Below are positions 1 to 12,746 of a DNA stretch of 64,000 nucleotides, one piece after another. The translations under genes and the position numbers were made by a program. The notes below the pieces were generated by a model. The model did no database searches. It worked only from the letters and a program-made list of their open reading frames with translations, and was not told the origin of the DNA. Position 1 is the first letter of the stretch. Each line of letters begins with the position of its first letter. This DNA is from the human T2T-CHM13v2.0 reference genome, Homo sapiens, in the NCBI RefSeq assembly GCF_009914755.1, contig NC_060942.1. One strand, written 5' to 3'.

Positions 1-3000
1 CTTTTAGCAAGAGCCTTTTTAGAAAAACAGAGAGAAGACAACATTTACAAATATCAGAAATGCAAAAGGAAATCTCACTCTAGATTTTACCAACACTCAA
101 AGGTGAATAAAGAAATATTATGAATAATTCTAGGCACAAAAATTTGAACACTTATATGGCCATAAAGTGGGTCAATTTATCAAAATCTACAAATTACCAA
201 AACTTGACTAAGATGAAATATATAAGTTGAATAGTCTTAGAACTAGTAATAATATTGAATTCATCAGATAAAGTCTTCCAAAAACTGAATCTCCAGGCCT
301 GCAAGATTTCACTCGCAAATCCCAATGAATTTTACATAACCTCTTCCAAGCAGTAGGAAACTGAATACTTCCCAACTCATTTAACGAAGTCGGAATTATT
401 CTATTAGGCAGACTTCTCTAGAAAAACAGAATCAGGAGGATATATAAAGATACATAGAAGGGATTTATTATAGGAGTTGTCTTATATGCTGTGAAGGCTG
501 AGATGCTCCATGGTATGCCCACTACAAGGGGGAGAACCAGGAAGCCAGCAGTGTATTTCAGTCAAAGATGGAAAGCCTGGGACCCAGGAGCTCCGACACT
601 TAAGTGTAGGAAAAGAAGGATGTGCCAGCTCAAGAAGACAGAGAGGATTTGCCCTTTCTGCATCTTTTTTTTTTTTATTTGGCCCTCTGTGGATTGGATT
701 ATGCTCTTCCACATTGGTGAAAGTCAAACTTCTTTACTTGGTCTCCCAATTCAAATACTAAATTTTTCCAGAAACACCCTCACAGACACACCCAGAAATC
801 ATGTTTACCAGCTCTCTGAGCATCCTTTAGCCCTCTCAAATTGACATATATAATTACTTATCACATTCTGATTCTAAAATCAGAAGAAAAAAAGAAAAAA
901 GAAAAACCATGGCTTAATATCCTTCATGAACACAGAAAAAGCTCAATGAAATAATAGCAAATCAAATCCATCAATATTTAAGAAAATATTATATTACAAT
1001 CAATGAAGTTTCCCCTCAGAAATGCAGGTTTATTTAATACTAAAAAATTAATCAATTTAATCCATCCTACCAATAAAGTCCACATGATCTTATTAATTGA
1101 TCCAAAAATGACATTTAAAATATTCAACATCTATTAGTTATAAAATTTCCCAGCAGATAAGTATAAAAGAGAAATTCCTCAATCTAATAAAGGGCATCAC
1201 CCCAAAAAAACTATAGCTAATCTAATTTAATAGCGATGACTGAATTGCTTTTCCCAAAGTATAAGACGAAGATAAGATTATTCACTCTCATCACTCCTAT
1301 TCAAGTCAGTACAGAATTCTGAGGTAGTGCAGTAAGCCATAAAAATAAAAGATGTATTCATTATAAAGAAAGAATTAAAACTGTCCCTATTCACAGCAGA
1401 CATGACTATTTTTATGTAAAAAAATCCCAAGAAATGTATAAAAATTCTGCTAGAACTAATGTGAGTTTAGCAAGGTTACAGAATACAAGGTCAGTGCACA
1501 AAAATCAATTCTACATTCATATATTAGAAATAAGCCATTAAAACATGATTTTTAAAGGCAATATCACTTACAGTTACTCCAAAAAGAAGGAATAATTTTC
1601 CATATATCCAATGAAACATGTACAGGATCTGTATTCCAAAAAAACTACAAAACACTCAGGAAAGAAATCAAAAAATTTACATGTAACTGGAGAGAACTGA
1701 AGTGTTCACGAATTGAAAGATTCAACATAGAAACTATACAGATACTTTTCAAGGTGATACATTTAATTCAATTCCAAACATAATTCCAGCAGATTTTTTT
1801 TAACTGTACAGAAGTAATTTCTAAATTGTAATGGGCAGGCAAAGAAATTAGGATACCCAAAATAATTTTAAAATAAGAATTAATCTGAGGAGTCACATCA
1901 CCCAATATCAAGACATACTATGAAGCTATTGTAATCAAGACAGTGTGATATTGGTGAAGGCAGAATTGAATAGATTCTATTCAATAGAACAGAATAGGGT
2001 CTAAAAATAGACTCACACAAATATAGCACATAGCTTTTTGGCAAATTTACAAAGACATTTCAGTGGAGAATAGATTGACTTTTCAGCCTATGGGTTAGAA
2101 AAAAATTGGACCTTTATCTACAAAAAATAATAATGATAACTTCAAGCTTAATGTCATAACTTATACAAAAAATACCTCAAAATGGACTAATAATCTAAAA
2201 GGAAAATCATATAACTTTTAGAAAAAGAAAGCATATAAAAAAACACTGTGGCCTTAAATTAGCCAAAATGTTGTTAAATGTGACACCAAATGTGTGATCT
2301 AAAAAGGGAAAAAATATTAATGGGACTTCATCAAAATTAAAAACCTTTGGTTTATAAAAGACATTATTATGAAACTGAAAACATGAGCTACAGATTGAGA
2401 GAAAGTGTTTGCACATCATGTATCCTAAAGAGTATTTGTATGAAAATATACACTCAAAAATCAGTGGTGTGAAAAAAACAGTATTAAAATATGGCCAAAA
2501 GACAAACAGACCTTTCAACAAAGAGGATATAGATGACAAATAAGAAAATGCAAATTAAAATCATGATGGGATGCCACTCCAAGCCCACTAAACGCCCAAA
2601 ATAACAACAAATTTGAACTGCCAACAAAAATGTAGCACAAAAGGAATTTTCAGGTAGTATTTGTCAGAATGAAGAGTATTGCAGTCACTGTGGAAAACCG
2701 TTGTTGTGCAGGTTCTGATAACAGACATATACTGTATTACCATGTAAGTCAGCGATACAACTCCCAGGCATATTTCCAAATAAATTTAAAACATATTCAC
2801 ACAAAAACTTGTTTACAACAGCTCCATTCATATTCACCAAATCTGAAAGCAACCCAAACGCCCTTCAACATGTGCTGCATCCATCTAGTGGAATACAGGT
2901 AGGTATCCCATTCATAGAGTGGAATACTACTTAGCAATCCGTGAGAACGGTTCATGGATCCATGCAGCACGGATGCATCTCATAGAGATTATGATGAGTG

Positions 3001-3260
3001 AATGAATCCAATTATAAAAGGTTGCATATTTCATCCTTCCATGTGGACGACATCCTCAAAAAACAAAACTATAGGAACGGAAAACAAACGAGAGGTTGCC
3101 AAGAGGCTAGGATTGTGACAACAAATTCAAAGGAGTACTAGAGCTGTTCCGAATCCTCATTCTGGGGATAGTTGCAGGAATCTATACTTGTTTTAATATT
3201 GACAAAACTGGACACATAAGGGGTCAATTTTACTCTATGTTACTTTTAAAAAGTAAAATG
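1..3260 (+). mobile_element. Old L1M (L1MC/ME-type) ORF2 and 3' UTR remnant, interrupted by an MLT2 LTR
   Basis: Degenerate L1 ORF2 sequence resumes after 865 and ends in an L1M-type 3' end near 3250. Confidence 0.85.
403..865 (-). mobile_element. MLT2 (ERVL) solo LTR
   Basis: Reverse complement of MLT2 termini (..ttctctagaaaaacagaa.. to ..aaattgacatatataattacttatcaca). Confidence 0.85.
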
Positions 3261-3269
3261 AAGTACTTT

Positions 3270-3820
3270 TTATAAGTGGAATCATGCAGTGTTTGTTCTG
3301 TGGCTAGTTTATTTTACTTAGCATATTGTCCTCAGAGTTACTGCAGGTTGTTACATGTGTCAGGATTTCCTTGTTGTTTAAAGTTGAATGATATTCTATT
3401 GCATATAAATGCCATATTTTCTTTATCCATTCATTTGGTTAGTAAATAAATGCCATATTTGCTTTATTCATTCGTTTGGAGTGTAGAATGGTGGTTCCAA
3501 GAAGGTGAGGAGATTTCTGCATTAGCCCCTTGCTATTCAGCATGTAGGAAGTTTCAGTTCTGCAAGATACATGATTTCTGGAGATGTGCTGTATAACATC
3601 GTGTCTACAGCTAATGATACTGTTTTGTATACGTAACAGGCGTGCAACACAACAGTGTGCTGTTAATCTAGGAGACTCATCTAGGTTGCATGTGTAACTA
3701 ATACCCATGCTTATCTATTGCTAAGCAGCAGCATTCCACTGTATGGATACAGCACAGTGTTAAGAGGGTAGATCTCATGTTTAGTGTTTTTACCACGATT
3801 AAAAAATAAATAAATACAAT
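3270..3820 (+). mobile_element. 5'-inverted L1MA/MB 3' end with an internal antisense L1 fragment (3633-3757)
   Basis: Antisense L1 3' sequence at 3270-3479, then a sense 3' end (gttaagagggtagatctcatg) and A-rich tail. Confidence 0.65.
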
Positions 3821-4199
3821 GAAAATCCTTAATGCGTGATAAACTCACTGTTCAGATTGCATTGGGGGCATCAGAACAAGACCAATTTATCTTTATTCTT
3901 ACTGAACAATCAGAAGAGTAAGATTTAGAGAACTTCAACCATTCGCCCAAGTTATAAAACTGGTACAGAGCTAGATGATTTGCCGGTGATGAACTTTTGA
4001 GCTTCTTCTCATTTTCCTCTTTTCTTGCACTCAGGAGACTCTGATTCTTTCAGGACCTCCCCTATTCTACATTCCAGCTCCTCTTTCACTTCATGCTTCA
4101 TGAGATTTCAATGCCCAGTAGATCAACAATTCCCTGAATTTCCCCCACCCTGATCCCGATTTACATATTCTCATAGCTCTCTAAATTTTCCATTCATAT

Positions 4200-4382
4200 A
4201 CTTGCCCAAATTACAATGTAGGTATTAGGTATATTAATTGTTGAATACCTGTTATCCCCACAATAATGTAAACTCATTAAAGATTGTCTGGGATTATTTC
4301 AGCATCCCCAGGATCTAGCTTGACATTTACTTGATACAAGGTACTCTACAGAAATATTTTTGATTTAGTTGAATTGAATTTT
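4200..4382 (+). mobile_element. L2 3' end
   Basis: Degenerate L2 terminus ending in (TTGAA)n. Confidence 0.5.
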
Positions 4383-4395
4383 ATTTCCAAATAAG

Positions 4396-4634
4396 AAGAC
4401 TTTTATATTATTAAACACGATGCTGCATTAGGATTATTCCAGTAGTCCAAGATTTTGCAAAAATGACTGGCAGTTAATTTATATCTGCATGATTTAAAAT
4501 TCCAAACCAATGAATGGTTAATTCTCCTAAATATACACAGTGTTTTTCCCCCAAAAGACATTTGACTTACATTCTAGACTGAAGAAACTACCGTGTTTTG
4601 GAAAACAACACTCTTAAAATTGTCACAACTATGC
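4396..4634 (+). pseudogene. Pseudo-exon A: PH-like domain
   Basis: 4542-4634 reads VFPPKDI*LTF*TEETTVFWKTTLLKLSQLC (PH C-terminal F..EE...W...L helix). The 5' part reads DFYIIKHDAALGLF. The 5' boundary is uncertain (AG at 4394 or CAG at 4538). The donor GTGTTA at 4635 is weak. Confidence 0.5.
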
Positions 4635-5179
4635 GTGTTACTCTGTGTGATGTTTTCCTCAGAAATATGCATCATTTTGTTTTACAATAATTTTATCACT
4701 TTATTTATACATGTTCATCTTTAGCAAAGTGAACAGCAATTATTAATTGTGTAGATATCCCAATTCTAGAACATACAATCAGTAATTAAATCACCATATC
4801 TTATCTTAATAAATAAATTATAATGAAAAGTGTGTAATGCATATTTTTGCCTTAATTTTAAATATTTCTCTGGGTTAATTATTAGATATAAATTCCTCTT
4901 AAAAATTGTAAATATTTTTAATTACAGTATGTTGATATAGATTACCAAGAGACCTACAAGGAAAGTTTATCAGAATATATTCACTCCAGATATTTGCCTG
5001 GTCTGTAGATCCATGAAACACAGCAATTCAATATGTACAAATAAAGAAATTTATATTAGTTTAAGTATCTTAGGAATACTGATAAGGTTGAATAAGTTCT
5101 GATTTTATATGGGAAATAATGTCAGTTTCTAAACATTATCACTTGTTTTTCTCATACAGACTGAAGCGACATGTATAAT

Positions 5180-5591
5180 TGTGTTAATCAGTGTTTTCCA
5201 GAGAATCAGAGCCAACAGGCTGTGTACATATCTATAGAGATTTATTTTTTAAGGAAATGGTGAATGCAATTAAGGAGTCTGGCAAATCTGAAATATGTAG
5301 TTCAAGTCCAAAGGTCATCCAAGACAGAGCAGATGATGTAATTCAAGTTTGAAAGCAGCCTGCTAGCAGAGTTCCCTCTTGCTCAGGGAATGGCAGGCTT
5401 TTGTTTTATTCAGGCCTTCAACTGATTGGATGGGGCCCACACACATTATGGAGAGCAAGCTACTCTAAATCCACCTATGTAAACGTTAATCACATCAAAA
5501 AACACCCTCCCAGAGACATTCAAAATATTGTCTGGCCACATATCCTGACACCATGTCCCAGCCAAGTTGACACATAAAATTAACCATCCCA
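5180..5591 (-). mobile_element. MLT2D-like solo LTR
   Basis: Ends gccaagttgacacataaaattaaccatc. Confidence 0.85.
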
Positions 5592-6008
5592 ACAATATAA
5601 TATTAGTGAGTCAATATCTAAACTTAATGGATTGTTTGCATTAGAAGTCATTTTTATGTTCATAAGTGCTCAAAAGCAAAACAATGATATCTAACTTTCA
5701 GTCACTGAATAAAAAAATGCATTTTAAATGGAATATATGATAACACAGTGCTGATGGTAATTTTAGTCTTTAAAAGTATTTAGAAAAGTGCATTTTTTTT
5801 GGAAGCTGCAATAAACATTGCAATGTTTGATTCTATTACCTGATACTGACAAATTGAAACCAAAAACTAACGTATGAAAACTAGTTTCAGGAAGTCTGTG
5901 TCTTTGGAAAATTTTGAACATGAAAAACATTTTGATCTGCACTGTTTTTTCCACCATTTTCCATTTCAAAAGTTTCAGATGCCTTTTCATGTTTCATCCC
6001 CATGGCAG

Positions 6009-6038
6009 GCAGCCTCAGATGTGTTTCATTTTAGAATC
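6009..6038 (+). pseudogene. Pseudo-exon B (30 nt, AASDVFHFRI)
   Basis: CAG acceptor at 6006-6008 after a pyrimidine tract; GTAAGG donor at 6039; phase 0/0. Confidence 0.55.
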
Positions 6039-6213
6039 GTAAGGATCTTTGAATACCATTATTCAAAGTAAAATGGAATGAATTGGAGAGTTATCAACCA
6101 ACATGAAGTGAAAAAAAAAAGCATTTCAGAGGAAAACCTGTGACTGTTTTTTTCCAAAATTTATTATTTTTTAAAAAAGACAACTTAAGTGTCATGATCC
6201 CTCCTATGCGCAG

Positions 6214-6376
6214 GACCAAATCCTGTGAATTTGCACTGAGTCCTGTGAATTTGCACTTTGGCTATGGAAGGCTGTCCAGCAGAGAAGCCTGAGCTGACTT
6301 GCATTCTATTTAGCGGTCGTGAGATTTTCATGTCAGTCCTGTCTCTGCATCAAATGTCTCTATTATGGCAGACAGG
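6214..6376 (+). pseudogene. Pseudo-exon C: N-terminal half of second PH-like domain, disrupted by a 20-nt duplication
   Basis: CAG|...|GTAACC. Removing the 20-nt duplication gives DQIL*ICTLAMEGCPAEKPELTCILFSGREIFMSVLSLHQMSLLWQT; phase 0/2. Confidence 0.6.
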
Positions 6377-6705
6377 GTAACCACTAAAAATTCAATTAAC
6401 TAAACTACACTACAGTATTCATTAATAATAGTACCTTTTATGTACATATTCACGTTTAACAGTGCAGACACCTCGATGTGAAACAATGCATGTCAAATAA
6501 TGGAATATGTCAGGCTAACCAAGAAAGTGTTTGTCGTCTTTGCTAATATACAACTGATAATGGGGCTTTTTAATAAGTTCAAGCAAGCTACAGTTAAGTT
6601 GCCCTGTCTAAATGTGAGTAATGGCATGCTGAAGACTGGCATGAATATAAAGAAACTGGCATGAAGAGAGGGGCTTTCTGGAGTTTTGTTGTGTGGCACT
6701 TACAG

Positions 6706-6854
6706 AATAACACTCTAGAGACAGAGTGGGCAGTATGATTTTTCAACATAGTTAGCCCCAGATAGGGAGCGAGCAGCTGCAGGAAATGGAGAATTACATT
6801 TCCCTAAGTTTCTGTGGAACTCAAATAGTCAAAATATACTATTTTAATGTCCAG
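6706..6854 (+). pseudogene. Pseudo-exon D: C-terminal half of second PH-like domain
   Basis: TACAG|...CAG|GTAAAA. Reads ITL*RQSGQYDFST*LAPDRE, frameshift at ~6770, then EQLQEMENYISLSFCGTQIVKIYYFNVQ; phase 2/0. Confidence 0.65.
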
Positions 6855-6984
6855 GTAAAAATGTGGGACAAGTGAGTGTACTTGGAAAAGTGAGTATCAT
6901 CTCTACTTTTTAAAATGAAAGATAATATTCTGGTCTTTATAAGACCGAGAGGAATGTAGGGGTTAGAGCTTATTAATAATGTTA

Positions 6985-7085
6985 ATGGTAGTAATGATAA
7001 TCAGAACAGCTAACACATATTGAATGGCTATCATATAATAAGCACATGCTAAGGGCTTTGTGCACTGAAGTCTCACAACAGCCCC
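6985..7085 (-). mobile_element. MIR fragment
   Basis: acagctaacacatattgaatggc...aagggcttt...ctcacaacagccc. Confidence 0.55.
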
Positions 7086-7099
7086 ACGGCAAGCACAGA

Positions 7100-7927
<828 letters not shown>

Positions 7928-7945
7928 AAATCCTATAGGGTTTTT

Positions 7946-8400
7946 CTGTCAGCAGAAGTGTTATGGCTACAAATAAGAGAAACCATCACTAAAACTGTTG
8001 TACAATAAGTTAGTTTTTTATCCCTGTGTTATGTAGTCCAGAGAAGAGCTTCCAAATGGGGCAATGGCACAACAGTACCTCGGGACCCATGGTTGTGACA
8101 CAAATAGAATGTGCTGAGGGGACGGCCTTGTCAGCCTTGGGGCAGCTGAGCCAGCTATGGGGCAGCTGGTTCTACTGAGCTGGTCACCGATTTCAGTGTG
8201 ATTTACAAATACTGTCATTTCATAGCTACAGAAAAAAAAATTGCTGGAAGCATAGATTCAGTGGGAGAGACTTTTAGAGATGCTTGACTCAGAGACTGAA
8301 GAACTTGGATTCTTTCTGTCCTCAAGGCAGCACTACCAGTATTGGTGTCACATTCGGACATGAGTGGGTTCCTCTCCTGGGACCAAAAGATATTTCCCAG
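7946..8400 (-). mobile_element. Old MLT1-type LTR
   Basis: ggctacaaataagagaaaccatcactaaaactg.. antisense MLT1 start; highly degenerate. Confidence 0.45.
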
Positions 8401-8583
8401 GACAAGTCAGTGACTTCCTCACATATATTAAATAGAATGTCAATTTTCTGGTCGATTAGACATCTATAATATTCAATACAACTATACAATTTTTAAAAAA
8501 TTATTCTTAGATCTCAATGCCCTATCTGATGTAAATCTCTATGTATTTATGTTCCAGCCTATGTTTTCATGGAAGTTCCTGTA

Positions 8584-8585
<2 letters not shown>

Positions 8586-8622
<37 letters not shown>

Positions 8623-8745
8623 ATATATATACACACATACAGGCAATGTGTGTGTGTGCATGTGTGTGTGTGTATATACACAAACACATATATACTATAT
8701 ATAACATATATTATGTATATATCCTGTATTATATAAATATGTAAT
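8586..8745. repeat. Compound (CA)n/(TA)n/(TG)n microsatellite
   Basis: Direct reading. Confidence 0.95.
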
Positions 8746-8939
8746 ACAGTAAGTTTGTCATCTAATGAGTTCTTGCCTTCATTTCTTCACGAAGAGAATA
8801 TTTGATTAAGAAACTTAAAATCTCCCAATATAATTGATAAAGAAACTGAATATCAAATAAAATTCTTATTAGTCTTACACTCTTTTGTCTTTTCTTCTTT
8901 GATTGTCTGCAGAACCATTTTCTGTGTCTAATTATGATC

Positions 8940-9085
8940 AACCCAGACTGCCCTGAGCTTGCCTCTCCTATTGGCCACTTACTTGATGTGTAGTTCAAGG
9001 CAACCACTTATCTGCACTTCGGATTCTTCATATGTAAAATGAGTTGCTGTGGCAAAGAAATGAGGTTAAGCCTACAAAGCAAATA
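8940..9085 (+). mobile_element. MIR
   Basis: ccagactgccctg..gccacttact..caaccactta..ttcttcatatgtaaaatgag core. Confidence 0.65.
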
Positions 9086-9521
9086 AAAATGTAGCTATTA
9101 TTTTCTTAGAATAAAAATTTCTTCAGCAGAAAGAATGCTTATAGTTTTATTTTGTGCAGTGTCCAACACATTACTATCATTTATTAATGTGATATTATAA
9201 TAACCTCTTTTATTATTATAACATTTTTCAGTGTCAGCCACAGTATTATTGTTATATAAAGCAAAGCAATAATCTTACATAACTAGTTTCAAATATCTCT
9301 AGTATTAATATATTTCCTCTTCATTGAAATTAAAATATCCAGAGCTTCTTAGCCATCAATGCTAAAGTTAGAGGCTGTTTATTTTTTTCATTATTTTACA
9401 AATAATGTCTAACTACATCATACTGTCTTTTCTTATAGTATATATTCTTTTGTGGAAAATCAGTGAATTTCAATGAGAATTTTAATAAGTCCTAAGTACT
9501 GTGTTAGATTTGCTTTTCTAG

Positions 9522-9599
9522 GTATTTAGTGTGCCCCATGAGAGGTCTTGAAAGAAAATATGTGGATAGGTTCTTATCAAGTGCCTTTCAGAGTTTGAG
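9522..9599 (+). pseudogene. Pseudo-exon E: start of RhoGAP domain
   Basis: TTTTCTAG acceptor. VFSVPHERS*KKICG*VLIKCLSEFE resembles the RhoGAP start VFGVPL...VP..L.KCI.E.E. Donor is GCATAT (decayed or GC-type). Confidence 0.7.
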
Positions 9600-9678
9600 G
9601 CATATTGTGATTTTGATTCATTATTCCTGTTTTTATGTGCAGTAGTTTTACATTAATATTATCTAAATCTTTTTGTAG

Positions 9679-9749
9679 ACAGTTTCTAATTTTCTCTAAT
9701 CAGCCAGAGATCTGATAGGGATTGATAATCTCTTGAATTCATCAATTTG
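9679..9749 (+). pseudogene. Pseudo-exon F: RhoGAP arginine-finger region
   Basis: 79-nt intron ending TTTTGTAG; reads TVSNFL*SARDLIGIDNLLNSSI; donor GTAAAA; phase 0/2. Confidence 0.6.
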
Positions 9750-10339
9750 GTAAAAAAAAAAAAAAAAGATTGGAGTAATCATGAAATACAACATCATAAA
9801 AATATCTGTTCACATAGCTTTATAAATGCATGCTATTTTGAATTTTGGTATTAACACTATTTTTCCTATAATTTAGAGTCATACGGCATAGTAAATACCA
9901 TTTAAATACTCTAAAATTATTGAAAGTGTAGCAAAACAATCTGCCTCATAAGAATTGTGGTATATAAGTGTATAAAGACTATAATTTCTCTATGAGAAAT
10001 ATGGGCCTGTTAACATGGCAAAATGAGAAGAAACAAAATGTTTGAATGCCTAAATGTAAATGAAAATAGTCATTTGCATAAATTTTAAATACATATTATT
10101 TAAATAAACCTAACAACTTAAAAGTGAAGATAATCAAGTGAAGCCTCAACCATTTCACATTTTTGTTGAAAAGGAAAAGTGTAAGGTACTATAGGAAAAG
10201 TCTGCTACAAAAAAACAAACAAAAAAAACATTACATTTTCAAGTCTGGGTGAAGTAAACAATAGGAAAATCAAGGGAGAAAATGACATAAAGTATAACAG
10301 AGAAAGGTAATTAAGTTAGACTGTGTTTCTCTTTTAAAG

Positions 10340-10423
10340 AGTTGCTGTGAACCAAATACAGTTTTGTGGTGTCCAGGGCATACATTTATCGCTATGTATA
10401 ACAGCTCTTAATCAAACACTGTA
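10340..10423 (+). pseudogene. Pseudo-exon G: RhoGAP middle
   Basis: TTTCTCTTTTAAAG acceptor, phase 2; reads VAVNQIQFCGVQGIHLSLCITALNQTL. The donor position is ambiguous (10421-10426). Confidence 0.55.
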
Positions 10424-10472
10424 GTGTTAGGCTAAGTGGACTCTGAATCTTTAAGTTGTCTACTTTTGCTGT

Positions 10473-10521
10473 TCTTTTGCTGACTTTATAAAGTATACTT
10501 TACACTAAAGTCAGCAAAAGA
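10473..10521. repeat. 49-bp near-perfect palindrome/hairpin
   Basis: tcttttgctgacttta | taaagtatacttta (self-palindromic) | cac | taaagtcagcaaaaga. Confidence 0.95.
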
Positions 10522-10683
10522 TTAGAGCCTTTGCCAATAATATAAATAATATTGCCAACATTACAAGATCATAATTTGACTCAAGTACTCCGCAGTGCTT
10601 TTTGCTTCTTCACCTAATGAGGACATTTATATTGAGGTTAATGTTGAGATTTATAAAAAATTGTTGTTATTCCTTCTGCAAAG

Positions 10684-10858
10684 TTAGTAACTTGAAGAAC
10701 AAAAGGAGGTAATGTAACGTATGATGAATTTGACAAATGGTGCTTTTAGGCCAGTTTGCTGTTTACAATGGAGGTTATCACTCATAGGTACTGAACCATA
10801 TGCAAATGCAATGCAGGACCTTGTTTTAGTACATGATAAATAACTTTTACCATATCAG
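10684..10858 (+). pseudogene. Pseudo-exon H: RhoGAP core
   Basis: 10691-10858 reads LEEQKEVM*RMMNLTNGAFRPVCCLQWRLSLIGTEPYANAMQDLVLVHDK*LLPYQ. It aligns with the RhoGAP consensus [56 protein letters not shown]. Donor CAG|GTAATA. Confidence 0.75.
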
Positions 10859-11214
10859 GTAATAGGTGCTTTAGTGAAATCACACTGTTAGTTATTTATG
10901 CAGGATGTGTGTGAGTGTATGTGTGTGTGTCCTTGAAAGTATATGCTTTTTATCTCTTTCTCCTATACTAAAATGAAAAATAATCACAGACATAAAAAAT
11001 ATAACTCCAGTTAGGAGTGGTAGCCATTTCTTAAGAAGGTTAGCATATTGATACGCATAAGTTATTTTATTAGAGATGCAATTGGTCTTTATTTCATTTA
11101 CTGACTTAAAAAATAAATAAAACCCTCAACTACCCTCTTTGAGTAGAAAATGCAAATTACTGGTTTGTACATATTGCATGAAAAATGCATAATATTTCTA
11201 TCTTAACCGGCCAG

Positions 11215-11428
11215 TCTGTTCCCAGAATGCAAAAGCCAAGAAGCCATGTATAACCACAATCATACCATAAAGCATGTGCTTTTGTTAAATCGGCCAATTC
11301 AAGTTATAAAACCTCATAAGTTGCCTTTCATTTATATTCACAAGAAAATAGAAGTTGCATTGTCATACAATCACCTTCCATGTCTTCTATGGCTAGTCAA
11401 ATCCAAAAAGAATTTGTTGACTTCATTA
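11215..11428 (+). pseudogene. Possible pseudo-exon I (insertion/linker)
   Basis: CCAG acceptor, phase 0; reads SVPRMQKPRSHV*PQSYHKACAFVKSANSSYKTS*VAFHLYSQENRSCIVIQSPSMSSMASQIQKEFVDFI. The donor is decayed and the end phase does not match the next exon. Confidence 0.3.
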
Positions 11429-11714
11429 GCATGCTGTTTATAATTCATTTCAAATTTATCATAGCCATTCTTTCAGCCTTACCTCTGGGCCCTCTGCCCC
11501 TAGAGACGAAGGCAGTCATGCAGAAGCCGTTGCATTTCTCAAACTACCCATGGTTTTGCTCACCTTCTTGCCTCTAATCCTACTTTTCTCTCGTCCTCCA
11601 GTTATTTCTCCATCTTCTTAGACCGCCTAAGTCACCTTCCATGATTTTTTCAGGTTTGTCCTAATTCTTGCTATTCAAGAGAAACAGACTTTTTCTCTGT
11701 TACCCGTGTGTCTA

Positions 11715-12165
11715 TTTTCTGCATAAAATTTTGGATGCAAAAAGAGAACTTCTTCAAGCTGGTTAAAGTAAAAAGGGGAAATGAACTAGAAGGACACTAA
11801 GTGAATAACTCACAACTGGGTTTATCATTAGTGTCAAGAGGGACCTAAACAAGGGATGGCAGCAGATATCTTTTGCTTTCTTGTTCTCTCTCTCTCTCTC
11901 TCCTCTCTCAGGAACCATATGGTATTTTGTCTATAAATTTTTCTTCACCATTTTTTTCCTGTATTCCCTCTTTCTGAACACCAATTTTCTCCAGGTCTCT
12001 GAGCACATGGCCAAACACCTTCTGCACAGATACTGACAACCTTCTGATTTATGAGCTCGTACTAGACCTACAAAGTCCCTGAGTCCTCATAAAAACTCCA
12101 GAAGATTGATAATCCAATCAGTTTGGCTTGGGTCAGGTGTCTACTCTGGCTATTTGGTTTGTATC
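11715..12165 (-). mobile_element. Old MLT1 (K/L-type) LTR
   Basis: ggatgcaaaaagagaact..aagtaaaaaggggaa ... ggcttgggtcaggtgtctac. Confidence 0.55.
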
Positions 12166-12184
12166 TCAGCATACATTTAACCAG

Positions 12185-12301
12185 ATCTGTTAAGCTGAAC
12201 TTTTGAAAAAGCATTCCTGGGAAAAGTGCATTGAAAATTTCCAATATACTTACTTTCTAACTATTACTATTATGGCTCTTAATGCATTATATTTAAATAA
12301 G
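12185..12301 (+). pseudogene. Pseudo-exon J: last RhoGAP helix
   Basis: CCAG|...AAG|GTAACT, 117 nt, phase 0/0. Reads IC*AELLKKHSWEKCIENFQYTYFLTITIMALNALYLNK; EKCIENFQY resembles the RhoGAP terminal E.LIENY..IF. Confidence 0.65.
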
Positions 12302-12378
12302 GTAACTTCCCCTACAAACTGTGGGGTATGTAAGAGTATGGATTATAGTTTCTTTTTTCTTTTTTCTTTTTTGCCCAG

Positions 12379-12494
12379 AGCAAGCTTGTAGTAAATTATC
12401 TAGAAGTGTGTTTGGAATGAATGCAATGTGTTGCCCTTAAGATTATGCCATCTGATGTAGCATCATGAGAACTTATTAGACATGTTTTGCAAAG
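12379..12494 (+). pseudogene. Pseudo-exon K: N-terminal half of Ras-association (RA) domain
   Basis: 77-nt intron with a long polypyrimidine tract. SKLVVNYLEVCLE*MQCVALKIMPSDVAS*ELIRHVLQ resembles the recalled ARAP RA start (..CVTLKVSP..AEELTNQVLE). Donor AG|GTGATT. Confidence 0.7.
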
Positions 12495-12746
12495 GTGATT
12501 TGTGACTTTTACTTGTATTTAAATATTTGAATTGAAAAATAATGCACTATGGCTTGGATACACTCTGGGAGGCTATCAGAAAAGCTTTAACTAGATACCA
12601 ACTTGTGAAATTTAAAAGCTTAAGTAACCACTTGGACTTCGTTTTTACTTTAAAAAAGATATATTAACACACAAATAACAACTAGATGTTTCAGTTATCT
12701 ATTGTTGCATTAGCAAACTACCCCAAACTTAGAGACATAAAAGAAC

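Noticed and set aside
8586-8673. (CA)n followed by (TG)n able to fold back
   Set aside because: Common compound microsatellite arrangement.
12302-12335. Alternative exon NFPYKLWGM
   Set aside because: It would need a 43-nt intron; GTAACT at 12302 is better read as the donor of exon J.
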